From Lama guanicoe (lineage: Eukaryota): DNA of 64,000 nt. The stretch covers positions 3,950,303 to 4,014,302 of the forward strand of contig MU053513.1 in NCBI GenBank assembly GCA_013239625.1. Reading direction: 5' to 3'. The notes beneath the pieces were generated by a model. It did not search any database. It worked only from the letters and a program-made list of their open reading frames with translations, and was not told the DNA's origin. The position numbers and the translations under genes are program-made. Below are positions 25,561 through 37,815 of this stretch, in pieces (within the stretch, counting starts at the first letter, position 1; every line of letters begins with the position of its first letter).

Positions 25561-25884
25561 TTTGTGTGTGTGTGTATTTATTTTTACTTTTTAACTGCTT
25601 TACTTTCGGAGAGTGCATTTTTCAATCTGAGGGACTTGTTTCATGTACGGAAAATTCCCAGCTGTTGCTTCTTTGGGTACTTTCTCTTCCTAAGGTTTTT
25701 GCATTTTATTATTCTGAGACTTCTTTTGAAACTTCTCAATTCTATAGATTTTGTGTTTTAGCTTTTAAAATACACATTTCTTTATCTCTGCTTTATTAGA
25801 TTATTTCCTCATAATCTTTCATCAAATTCATTACGGCTATAGCTAATTCATTATTTGTGCCATCTATTGAGGCTTTTATATATA

Positions 25885-26545
25885 TTTACTTTATATATTG
25901 AAGTATAGTCAGTTTACAATGTTGTGTCAATTTCTGGTGTACAGCACAATGCCTCAGTCATACATGAATATACACATATTCACTTTCATATTCATTTTCA
26001 CCATAAACTACTACAAGATATCAAATACAGTGCCCTGTGCTGTACAGTACAAACTTGTTTATCTATTTTATATATACCAGTCAGTATCTGCAAATCTCAA
26101 ACTCCCAATTTATCCCTTCCCACCCTTTTGTCCCCTGGTAACCACAAGTTTGATTTCTATGTCTGTGAGTCTGCTTCTGTTTTATAAGTAAGTTCATTTG
26201 TCTTTTTTTTTTTTTAGATTCCATATATGAGTGATATCATGTGGTATTTTTCTTTCACTTTCTGGCTTACTTCACTTAGAATGACATTCTCCAGGGCCAT
26301 CCATGTTGCTGCAAATGGCATTATTATATTCTTTTTAATGGCTGAGTAGTATATTCCATTGTAAGACCACAACTTCTTTACCTAGTCATCTGTTAATGGA
26401 TGTTTAGGTTGCTTCTATGTCTTGGCTATTGTAAATAGTGCTGCTGTGAACATTGGGGTGCAGGTGTCTTTTTGAATTAAGTTTCCCTCTGGATATATGC
26501 CCAGGAATAGGATTGCTGGATCATATGCTAAGTCTATTCACTGTA
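25885..26545 (-). mobile_element. Artiodactyl/camelid-type L1 3' end
   Basis: ttgaagtatagtcagtttacaatgttgtg 3' terminus, similar to the copies at 12.95, 17.2, 37.1 and 55.5 kb. Confidence 0.85.
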
Positions 26546-26959
26546 TATTTTTAATTTCAAAGATTTTTAATTGCACTTTAACATATCTATCTGTGTGTTT
26601 TTGATTCTTTTAGTTTCTTTTATCTATTTGAGGAATTCAAACATAATTTAAAATCCTCTTCAAATCTTGCCATTATCTCTATTTCCTTGAATATAAAATA
26701 TCCCATTTGTTTAGTCTGCTGACTTTTAATTCATTGCACTGGAATTCTTCAGTGCTTCATGATTTCTTCTTTGAAAATAAGTTTTTGCATTTTTTTCCTT
26801 CAGGTTTCTTTACTTGTCAGATGGTTTCAAAGGTGTCTCAGCTCAATTCTCCAGGTTGAATGATTCCAAATCAGATCTTAATCTTAGTAACTTGAGGTTT
26901 TGTTTGCTCAGTCATCACAACTCAGGCTACTATAACCAAATACACTAAGACCTTAAAAG

Positions 26960-27991
26960 TTGTTTTGAACCCCACTTCCAACGTGTGTGGGGAGTGTTTC
27001 CTCACACCAACATGCAATTAATTCTCTGACACCAGATGGATGTCCTACAATTCAACTCAGTTCTGACACTATCTACTAGGAGCTAGCATCACATCCCACA
27101 GGTTAAAAGTTCAGAGTCACAAGACTGCCCCCCATCTCCCTCTCAGATGCCAGTTGCAAATCCAGATTGTCACCTGTGCTTCTAACCTACCAGCTATAGG
27201 TCAGAGATTCCCAGGACCCACTCTTTGAGCTCAGTTTGCTACAGGAGCCCACAGAACACAGAGAAAACTTTTACTAACTAGATCAGGAACAGCCAGGTGG
27301 AAGAGTATGGGGCAGGGCAGGGTATGGGGAAAGAGTGAGGAGCTTCCATGCCCTTTCCAAGTGCATCACTCTCTCCAAACCGCCACATGTTCACCAACCC
27401 TGAAACTCTCCAAACTGCCTCTTTTGGAGGTATTTTATGGGTATTTTATGGAGGCTTTATTACATGCACATGACTGATTAAATCATTGGTTATTGGTGAT
27501 TGATTCAGCCTCCAGCCCCTCTTCCCTCTTCAGGGGTCAGAGAGATGGAACTGAAAGTTCCACCCCTCTAATCTTATGGTTGATTTTCTTGGTGACTTGC
27601 GTCCATCCTTAGGTACGATCCAAAAGTCATTTACCTCTTTAAGTAGTAAATAAGCCACAGTGATCTCATGCACAGTGTAATGAATATAGACAACAATATT
27701 GTTCTACACGTATATAATATTAAAAAAAAATCTATGACAGTTACATAACAATATATTAATGTATCAGTGTAACATGTACATCTTAAATTTGCATAATGTT
27801 ATATGTCAAATATATTCAATAAAGTTAATAAATAAAACAAAATGTTGAAACTAAAAAGTCACCTCGTTAACATAACAAAAAGACACTTTTATCACTCTCA
27901 TCACAGGAAATTCCAAGGGTTTTAGGAGTTCTGTGCCAGATACAGGATGAAGACTAAATATGTATTTCTTATTATAAATCACCATATCACA
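26960..27991. mobile_element. MER21-like LTR interrupted by an L1 3' fragment (about 27630-27853)
   Basis: ctgacaccagatggatgtcctacaattcaactcagttctgacactatctac ... ttcttattataaatcaccatatcaca. The insert is flanked by the TSD aaaagtca. Confidence 0.7.
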
Positions 27992-29466
27992 GACCTAGGT
28001 TCTTTTTGAATTTTTCCATATAAATGCTGAGTTTTCCCAGGTGAAACCAGAAAGTCAAAAAGAGTGGGTATAGGTCCAGTTCTTCATAGAAAGTATGGTG
28101 CCAAATGCCAGCTTCGCATGGAGAACCCAATGTTTGAGTGCAATTGTAGGGTACGTTTATTACCCTGTTTAACTGTAGTCTCTGGAAAGCCCTCACTTGT
28201 CGTATTTTGTCTTGTTTGTGATCCAAAACCTACAGGTCCCACTTGCCACTCTGAGTTTCTTCTTCATCTTAGGCCATGGAGATTTTCTTCTTGTTTTCAG
28301 TATGTCTAAGTGTTTTTGTACTTGTATTTATATTTTACTTACATATTTCAGGTGAGGAGATTTCATTATGTTCTCATGTTACCTTGGTGCCTGAATTCAA
28401 GAAATCTGTTGAATTTCATTTGGTCTGAAATTTTGGAAATATATTTGATCACAGAAATCCCTATCTATGTGATATCCATTAATATCTTACAGAACTCACA
28501 TAGCACCTATTCAAAAACTCCAGTCTAGGGTAAGTGTATGTTTTGAAGCTTAAATGGACTCCCAGATGACTGTGATGTGACTTAATGGAGCAGATTCATT
28601 GCCTCTTTCAGACCAAACTCCTGAGTACAAATCCTGGCTGTTCTTAACATTAGCAGTGTGGTGTTGGCTGTCATGTATCTTCTCCAAGTTTTTAGTTTCC
28701 TCCTAAGTTAAATGGGGACAATAAGAATTTTCAGAGTAGTTTTAGCAATTAAAGTTCTGATAGTAGCTTATCCAACTCATTTCTTTGGTCCTTTTTATAG
28801 AAAAATTTCTGGGAATTTTCTCTACTTGTTTGTATTTCCCATTCGTACACTTCTTTCTTAAACCCATTCCAATCATGCTTTTGTCACTGCTACTTCAGCA
28901 AAATTGCTTTTATCAAGGTCTCCCATGAGATTCACATTTCCAGACCCAACAGTCAGCTATCAGTCCCCAAGTCATTTGAAGAATCTGCAGCATTTAACAG
29001 AGGGGATCGCTCTTATTCTGGGATTCTTCTTCATGTGGTCTCTAGGTCATCATTGCTTCCTTGCTCTTCTCCGTGCTTACTGGCTACTCCTTAGGCTCTT
29101 TCTGGTTCCTCTTCATCTTCTCAAATGCTAATTGTTGACATGTTGAAGAGTTCACATTTGAGAACTATGGTATGTGCTCATTTCCTAGATAACCTCATCC
29201 AGAACTCTGTACTATGTGCTGACAACTCTAACATTTATGTATTGAGTCTCAGCCATTTCCCTGAATCCCAGTCTTGTATGCTGAACCACCTGTTTGATAT
29301 TTCCACTCAGATGACTTATAGATATATTTACATACATATAGCCAAACTCTTAACTTCTATCTCCCTCTGTTCTCCCAATCTCAATAAAGGATAAAGCCGT
29401 TCTTCCAGCTGCTCCAGGGCAAAAACTTTGGAGTAATTATTTACTTTCTTCTTTCTCTTAACACAC

Positions 29467-29570
29467 AGGGTCAGCCTCATGGGTATGTGACCTGTGCAGT
29501 CAACAGGACCTTGCCCTTAGAAGGGTCCCATGCCTGGTTTAATGCTATGCTGTTGTCATCTCAAAATTAT
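29467..29570 (+). mobile_element. MER45-like hAT DNA transposon 5' fragment
   Basis: cagggtcagcctcatgggtatgtgacctgtgcagtc...agaagggtcccatgcctggtttaatgct; truncated by the retrocopy poly(A). Confidence 0.6.
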
Positions 29571-29572
29571 TA

Positions 29573-30508
29573 TTTTTTTCATTATTTAGAGAATACTTTA
29601 TTAGTTTCTGTAATCAAACCCATGTTGATAAGACATTACATATTTAATACAGTGTGTTACTCCTTATACAAATGAAAAAATATATATATGCATAACAGTT
29701 CTAGACCAAAATGGCTATTAATTCTATACAGTGGCACCTCAGCATAATACAACTGGAATGCTTTTTCCAAAGTTGACAGCACAGCTACATTTCCAAAAAT
29801 TCAAATTATACATATATAAGCATATATACTCATTTTTACAAAAAGACCAATAGCAGTATGTGTTATACATCAGTAGCAGCAACAGAATTTCCAGGTTCTG
29901 TAGTCATCTGAACAAAACATCCAGCATACTCTATTTAAAAAAAAAAAAAGGTAAAAAACAAAACTCCAGAAAAAAGCAAAGCTCTGTTACTGCTGTGGTA
30001 ACTGGCACTATGTTTTAATTAACTCGTCAATCATCATCAGGAAAAAAAAAACATTCTAGTGTAATGTCATTAAAAATGGCTGTGATAAAGCATCATCACT
30101 ATTGTAGATCATAAAGCAATGATCTACAATACTTGATATTTTACATTCGCAGAGATATGGTACAGTAGTGTCCTTTATCTGTAGTACTAGAGAATACAAT
30201 TAAAAAGGCATTATTTGAGATTTGATTCTACTTTTTCAGCAGAAGGCCCGAAGGATGATGCAAAGCATCTCTGGTAAAGAAATGCAGCTTCAGCAGGGAG
30301 TGGTAGAGTGCATGCTTACTTAGCATGCTTGAGATCCGGGTTCAATCTCCAGGGCTTCCATTCAAACAAACAAACAAACCAACCTAATTACTTCCCCTCT
30401 CCCCCAATATAATAAAATAATTTTAAAATAGAAATGCACCTTCTTAGATAGAAATTCCTTTCATTAGTGGCATAGTTCTAGGTACTCTTTGCTCTTTATG
30501 AAAGTCAG
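29573..30508 (-). pseudogene. 5'-truncated retrocopy of an unidentified mRNA (last coding exon, 3'UTR and poly(A))
   Basis: Poly(A) remnant 29573-29579, AATAAA at 29597-29602 (minus), about 650 nt of UTR-like sequence. With the SINE removed it reads LTFIKSKEYLELCH**KEFLSKKVHFFTRDALHHPSGLLLKK* (frame inferred). Confidence 0.7.
30292..30429 (+). mobile_element. Vic-1-like tRNA-derived SINE
   Basis: agtggtagagtgcatgctt...gggttcaatctcc A/B boxes, aacctaattac 3' motif, A-rich tail. TSD agaaatgca(g/c)cttc at 30278-30291 and 30430-30443. Confidence 0.85.
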
Positions 30509-30939
30509 CTAAAAACTTAAAGCAAAAACAAAAGACAGTGACTGGATTTATATACCGTTTTCCTTTTTCAAGATTGCTCTAATCTTCTATGTCTTGACTT
30601 TAACAACATTGGGGTATCAGACCTAGAAGTTAGCCAGCCCATACTGGAGGACTAGAAAGAAACTTAATTACACAAAAGAAAATATGTAATCATTGTACAC
30701 TACTTAGTGCTGAAGTAGATACCACTTACAAAGTCATACTAATGTAAATTGCAACCATTAACTAAAAATTGTAATATAAACATATGAGGAAGACAGAGAA
30801 GGGTTGAGGTATTTGTTAGTTGTGTCTTCATCTGCCAAAACAAAAAGCCAGTGGAAAAGACCCAAATGTGATAAATCGAGGTATAGTATCATCACTCTAG
30901 GGTGAAAGAAGAGTCTGATTAGGTAAGCAAGAATCCTGC

Positions 30940-31193
30940 CTTTGCCAGTGTCTGTGTATCTTCCATTGTGGTCTAGCTAGTGTTGTTTTCTGAAGCTATA
31001 TTAGTAGGCCTGTATTTGGTCTCATAAGGCGAAGTCTGATCCCAATTATATAGCTCTCATGACACAAAGTGTCTCATAAATCTCTTCTGTGTTACATTTT
31101 CCATGCATCAGCTTCTTAATATTCATGTTAATTTCTTCTTCCCTCTTAGAATAATTTTCTTTTTGGCCTCTTTCTTGGAAAATGCACTGTATC
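30940..31193 (-). pseudogene. Pseudo-exon resembling the first RGS-like module of RGSL1
   Basis: ttcttacag acceptor; IQCIFQERGQKENYSKREEEINMNIKKLMHGKCNTEEIYETLCVMRAI*LG...DQIQAY. Resemblance to RGSL1 is from memory and unverified. Confidence 0.6.
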
Positions 31194-32523
31194 CTGTAAG
31201 AATGCTTCTGTCCTGTAATAGGAACCAATTTATAGGAACGTAAACAAATAAGCACTGAGTTTTCTCACACTATAAGATGTCTGGAGGCAGGCAACAGCTG
31301 ACGGTGGTTTAGTGGCTCAGCTGTACCCATGATGCTCTTGACCTCTTTCTCACGCTGTTAAGATGGCTTCCCAGTTTTAGGCTTCTGTGCGGTTCTGGAT
31401 ACTATATCCTTTTCAAGGCAGAAAGAAAGAAAGGAGTGGTATTCCCTGCTCCTTTTAACAGGAAAGAGAAACTTTCTTAGAATTTAACCCCACTCCCGTA
31501 AACTTTCAGTTCTATCCTAAATGTACAGAATTATGTCACATGACTACCGCTAACTGCAAGGGAAACTGGAGAGCAACTAGAAGGCAGCAAGAGGTAGGAA
31601 CGATCTGAGATCAGCCATTCAGTCTTGGAGCACTTCATTCTTCTTTGTAAATAAAAAGAGAGAGGAGAAGGTATGTCGGGATGGCAAAGATGGCTTTAAT
31701 CCCTTTTCATCATTTCTCCCAGTTAGGAAACCAGTTTGCATGGGCAGTGCATATAATTGATAAGTCTCTGATGCTGAAAGGGACCACACAGTTCTGATAT
31801 CATTCCTTATTTCAAATGCCAGTAGTCCATATCATTACTCCTTATCACTTTTACTAGAAGCAATTCCTCCTTCCTCTGAATTCTCATTTTCCTTTATCTG
31901 TATCTCTTATGGTAAATGTCCCTTTTAACCTTGTATTTTAAAAATAGTATTTATTTATATTTATCTGATTATAAAATAATATTCACAGCATTTTTGACAT
32001 TTTTGAAAATTCAGAAGAATAGAAAGAAAATAAAACACCTATAGATAGAGTTCCTTAGATACACGTGCTTGCCAAGCACACTCTAAATGTTCTTTAAAAT
32101 ACTCACCACTCTTAAATTTAGTTGCTTAATGTTTTTATTTTTTTTAACACCATGAAGACAAAGAGCATACTGTCTTATTCAATGCTCTACCTTCAGATAT
32201 CCAGCACAGTGCCTAACACACTACTCATCAAATGAATAAACTGAGTGTATCTGAGTTTCTTTAATATTTCATGTATCTATTTTACTTTTTAAAGTTATTT
32301 TTATTCATGACTATTTTGGGTGCATTTTGTGTATCTGTTTTAATTTTTAAAGTGATTTTTATTCACAACTGTGAGTTCCTTAAGAATAGAATCTGTGCCT
32401 CATTTATCTTTATACCACTGATAACTTGCCCTCCCGCAGTCAACAACCATAGGGCTTGACACATAGCAGGTGCTCAATAAATAAACATGTATTGGATAGA
32501 TAGATGAATGATTAGTATTCACT

Positions 32524-33611
32524 CGGTCTGTTATATGAACCCATAGTAACAGCATCTTGTTCATGGATATTCACTCCTCTTCTGCTACATTTTGGCCATA
32601 TCTCAGAGAAGACCAGGATGTTCTAACTCTCCAGCAAGAGGGTCTTTGTGACCATGACTCAGGCTCTAGGTTAGAAATATGAGTCTGAAGCCAAGCTCTG
32701 CCATTGTCAGGCTGTGTAAGTTCAGGACAGTCCCTTCAACTCTGTGAGTCTGCATGTCTTCATTTCCAGAGTGGGAATAATAATACTATTTCATATGATT
32801 GTTTTGGGAATTCAGTAAGAATTCATGAAAAAGCACACAGTACATAGCAAGTGCTCATATATTTTTTTCTAAATTCAAAAACCTGATTTTCATACAAATA
32901 TAGAAGGACTGTATATCAAGATTTAACTCATTAATAAGGGATTCAGCAGGATAATAAAACTGATTCAAAGAGCACTTGAAGAAATTGAATTTTGGAATAC
33001 ACGCCAGCCCTTTCCTTGTATACATGCAGCCCAGGATAGTGAAAGAAGCAAAAGAATAAAACTGGCAAAAAAAAAAAAAAGAGCACTTGGAGAACTGAGG
33101 ACTTGTAGGCATTAAAGAAAGTATGTGGGAATAAGATTGCCAGGTCATATCCAAACCTGGTTAATGTCCTAGATAGCCTACCCATGATTTTTGGGTTTAG
33201 TTTTTAACCTAGACAGATGTCATTTGAAGTTTTACTGGATAAATATCTGTGAAATAGCATGAAACTTCAGTGTTTGGCCCCTTGACCAGCAGTCAAACAA
33301 TGCCACCCACACCCCCAATACTCAAATATGAGGGACCTGCTAGATAGTGCTCCAGTATGACACTGAAAGAATGTGTGGTCTTCTTTTTGCTTTATTTTTA
33401 AGCTTTGGATAACTTCCTTAATATAAGCATAATGATATAAGACATGTTAGAAGATTTAATGAGGAATGAATCTTTTCTCTTAAGCAACAGTGTATTGCTC
33501 AGTTGATAACCATGATTTACACTCCAGGCAGAGATAGGCTTTTTATCCTCATCCCTTGGAAGACAGTTATGGGAAAAGATTTTGTGCAAGATATGAGCTT
33601 GCATTTAACTC
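32524..33611 (-). pseudogene. N-terminal pseudo-exons (about 33524-33611, 32883-33208, 32524-32660)
   Basis: cctttag|GAGTTAAATG reading ELNASSYLAQ/SFPITVFQGMRIK; TLTRFGYDLAILFPHTFFNAYK; KDPLAGELEHPGLL*DMAKM. Weakly RGS22/RGSL1 N-terminal-like. Confidence 0.45.
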
Positions 33612-34282
33612 CTAAAGGACAGATTGAACTAAGGAGTGTGACATTAGAATAAAATAATATAGGTCACTATTAGCTGAAATGTGTGTTTTAGTTTTATTTT
33701 TTTCTTAATCTAGCTGTCTCTTTAAAAACAACAGATTAGATTTAAATAGAGAAAATTGCAAAGTGAGAACAGGGCTATGAGAGTCAAAGAATTAAAGAGA
33801 ATTCAACAAAATGAAACAAAACTCTAATCTGCTTGAAGGGGCTCAGGAAAGAACATTCATTTATTCAAGGCATATTCTCCCTCTGGCAGTGTGTCTCAGA
33901 GTGGGAGATGCTACAAAGGATAGTTCAAAGAGTAATCAGGCATCATGCTGTTCACCACTCACACTCACATTACTGTGTAGTCTTTCTAAACAGAGGTGCT
34001 TGAACTTGATCTGGCCTAAGAAATGTGATCTGTGTGAGCAAAGGCAAGATTCAAAGGTCCCTTGGGAACTTAAGCTTGGTAGATAGAACTTGCTGGTGAT
34101 ATTGTGGGAATACACTTAATTTGTTGTATGAAGAACTGGACGTAGAAGCTGATTCTGTCAGTTAGAAGCAATGATAACACTGGGCAAGTGATCTAAGTTT
34201 TCAGATCTTATTTTCCTTATCTGCAAAATGAGAGCAAAATACCTGTATCACAGAGTTGGAGTAAGAATTAAATAAAGGGAGG

Positions 34283-34584
34283 TGTCTTAGTCCAGTTGGG
34301 GTGCTATAACAAAACACCACAAACTAGGTGGCTTATAGACAACAGAAATTTCTCACAGATCTGGAGTGCCAGCAGGGTCGGTGAGAGCCCTCTTCTTGCT
34401 CCAGACTTCTCATTGTATCCTCAAGTGGGCGAAGGGCAGGGGACTCTTCTGCCTTCTTTTATAAAGGGCAAATCCCATTCATGCGGGTAGAGCCTCCCAA
34501 AGGCCCTACCTCCTAATGCCATCACTTTGGGTTAGATTTCGAGCATAGGAGTTTTGGGGAGACATAAACATTCAAACCGTAACA
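34283..34584 (-). mobile_element. MLT1 (MaLR) solo LTR
   Basis: tgtcttagtccag...gctataacaaaacaccac...cattcaaaccgtaaca, with 5-bp TSD ggagg. Confidence 0.85.
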
Positions 34585-36309
34585 GGAGGTATGTGATCCT
34601 GGCTATGCTGTCCTGGGTCTCGGGCTGCTTCCCACCCTGCAATGTGCCTTGTGTCTCCGCAATAAAAGAAGAACGTGAAAAAAAATTGTTAATGATTTGT
34701 GTAAAGGGAAATCTATCTGATTTTCTTGACCTTGCCCTCTGCTGACCAGGAGGTGTCCTGTAACCTACTGGAGTCACATTTCCTTTAACCAAACTTCCAG
34801 AGCACAGTGACTGAGGCTTAGAATAACCCATCATTTTCAAGCATCAGGCGGGTCCTGGTGATGTTCTCTAGGCTCTGTGCTCTGTACTGCTTTTTATTTT
34901 AACTTTCATGAAGAAGTGTCAGGCAACGTTCATGAATAAGTTGGAACAGATTCCTGCCTATACCTGTGGCTGTTTTATTTTATTTTATTATTTTTTTTCC
35001 TTAAGATCAGGCCCAACACATCTGGACTATGGTGGGATGTTTAGAGACATATCACTTTATGAAAGTCTTGACAGCAGGATTTGGAGCACATGTTGCATAC
35101 ACTGTCACTTTTTACTTCCATCTGGTAAACAGAAGCCCAGTCGGGACTCACGAGGAAGAATGATTTATGCATTTCAGTGGAGACCTCCATTTATAACATT
35201 CATAAAGCAAGATAAAGTTAGCAGGTTATTTTATTTATTTAAATACTTCTACTCATTCCACAAGATTCAAGGAAGTTAGGTAGGGGGTTGATTGAGAACT
35301 AGTCTGTTACTTAGAAAGTGATCAAAATTGTAGTGAAAATTGAGTTGTGTACTTCAAGTAGAATTTATTTGAGAGAATATATGTTATCATGGCTGTATTC
35401 ATATAGGGAAAGTTACATGAAGAATTTTTGTGTAATTCAAGATGCTAAGGACAATTGCTTTTGTTTCAATAGCATTAACATATAAATATATGTATATGTG
35501 GGGATATATATACATATATATATACACATACATGATTTTTTTCTTGAATTACATGAATTTCATGATTATTATGTTTACTGTGCTCAGTATGAACAGGTCA
35601 TTGACAGGAAACTGGCAGAAAAAAATTGATCAGGCATTTTTATCAGGGATAGTCCATCAGCACACAACTGAATAATGAGTCTGTTAGTCAATAAATGCTT
35701 GACCAGAACTTCTAATTTCTTTACTGTCATGTATTTCTTAGGCAGATGAATTTTGATGAATCAGTACATTCTGCTTTATGTATATAAAACCAGTCTGATG
35801 TCACATCTTGTTGTGTGTATGTGTGTGTATGTATATATATATATATATCTCTATCCTTTGTTCTGAGTAGGTTACTACATCTGCCCTTATTCATGTAAGC
35901 CAGAAATCCTTTTTCACTTACTTTGTGGACATTTTATCATCTCCAGGACCAGTTTTAATCAAGGAACAGTAAGATTGTTGGGGGGGGGATTTGATTAAGG
36001 CCAGATATTTTTTATTGTTTTAAAAGAAACTGAATTTGGAATAGGAAGAGAGAATGGTCATTCATTAAATTCTTTTCAGGAAGCAAGACATATTTGAAAT
36101 TAATTTCCTAACATTTGGGGTCTATATAACATGTTCATCTCTATCTATGCTTGTATTTCTTAATTCTTCTTTCATTTTCTCCCTGCCAGTATCAAGTGTG
36201 GTATAAAAACTTTGATTTTTAAGAAAAAATTAAAGTAAATCAATTTGATTAAATTCTATTTTGAGGGAATACCATTACAGCCTTAAAATAATTGGGTTAT
36301 TCTTGAGTG

Positions 36310-37056
36310 TTTAGTCACTCATATTTTTACCAATTATTCATGAGCTTCACTTTGATAAGACAGGAGATTTAGTAGAGAACAAAATAGACCCAGTTCTTGC
36401 CTTTATGGTCTTTACAGTGTAGAGAGGCAATCAGCAAACAATTAAGCACAAAAATAGGCAGGTATTTAGAAACTGAGATAAGTGCAATGAAGGAAAATTC
36501 GAGAGTTCTATGACTGAAAATCAAAGGGCACCCAGCTTAGACTGAGAGAAAAGGAAAAGCTTCTCTGGAAATTACACTTAAATTGGTAAAATACCGGAAG
36601 GATGAGTTGAAGCTGTCGGAGGAATAAAAGAGAGTCAATGTGTTTGAGATGTATCGCTGAAAGGAGAAAGTGGTACAGGGCAGAGCCAAGAAGGCAATTC
36701 AGGTGGATTATCCAGGCACCTGAGGGTCATGTTACAATTTTAAAATTTGATCTTAAGTGCACTGGAAGTCATTGAAAGGTTTTAAAGAGATCTAGAAGAT
36801 TACCTTTAGTATTTTTAAAAGATTCTCTGACTTTTCTGGTCGTGTGGAGAATAGATTGCAAGAGAAGAAACATGAAGAGAGATGGACTGTTCAGTGGGGA
36901 TATCTGTCAGGAGGTTACTGCATAGGGCCAGGTGAGAGATGATGGTGATTTAGACCAGATTAATGGCAGGCAGTGGAGACAAACTGAAGTGGACATATTT
37001 CATGAAGGCAGTATAAACTGACCGTGGGATGGACTGGGAAGACTGAATAAGCTATT
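36310..37056 (-). mobile_element. L2 fragment (continues after 37608)
   Basis: Purine-rich antisense L2 motifs (ccaggtgagagatgatggtg). Confidence 0.65.
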
Positions 37057-37070
37057 AAGAATGGCTTACA

Positions 37071-37427
37071 TATGTGGAATCTAAAAAACAAAAACAAAAA
37101 CAAAAACAAAAACAAACAAACAAACAAAAACAAAGCATATATACAGGACAGAAATAGACTCATGGACAGAGAATACAGACTTGTGGTTACCAGGGGGGTG
37201 GAGGGGGGGAAGGGATAGACTGGGATTTCAAAATTGTAGAATAGATAAACAAGATTACACTGTATAGCACAGGGAAATATACACAAAAGGTTATGATAAA
37301 TCACAGAGAAAAAAATGTGACAATGAGTGTGTATATGTCCATGAATGACTGAAAAATTGTGCTGAACACTGGAATTTGACACAACATTGTAAAATGATTA
37401 TAAATCAATAAAAAATGTTAAAAAAAA
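37071..37427 (+). mobile_element. Young L1 3' fragment
   Basis: L1 3'UTR with aataaa and poly(A); perfect TSD aagaatggcttaca. Confidence 0.9.
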
Positions 37428-37815
37428 AAGAATGGCTTACAAAAAAAAAAGACAAATCATGAGTTCTAAAGGACCTTTTTAAATATGGCATAAATAATAA
37501 GTGTAAGAGTGAGATATCAATTTGATTATATATACGTTCTAAAACATATATTGTTATTCATAATAAAGTGAAAAATTAAAAACCACAAAAAAAAAAGAAT
37601 GGCTTACATTTCTGTCATAAGCAACCAGGTGGATGGAGGTAACCAGGATGCACAGAAATGGAGAAGAATGGAACAGGAGCAGCTTTAACAAAACTGAGGA
37701 TTGAAAACCCAGAGTCAGGAATCATTGTTCCAGAGAGGCTGAGAGGAAAGATACAGTGAAAGACAGACATTTGGCAGAACTCTTAGTCAAAGTTCAACAA
37801 GGATAGACTTTAAGA

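Larger units (their letters stand above)
21..33611 (-). pseudogene. Decayed multi-exon (unprocessed) pseudogene of an RGS22/RGSL1-like multi-RGS-domain protein; 3' end runs off the window start
   Basis: About 20 minus-strand segments between TEs, many with AG/GT ends. They translate (with stops and frameshifts) to RGS-like motifs in the correct helix order: PFRYFL...LCLFSDL, YEILFWGDL*KF, LNEILFW, IAQYLYSYYF, ETIFKVFL, IRLP/IELP/NLP, FQSQKYV, QDFLVSTFY, KEFLEKD. Matched by eye, no HMM run. Confidence 0.75.

Noticed and set aside
34908..35279. 123-aa plus-strand ORF
   Set aside because: No recognisable domain or splice context; consistent with chance.
36960..37382. Longest ORF in the track (140 aa)
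   Set aside because: Antisense reading of an L1 3'UTR and an (AAAAAC)n repeat.
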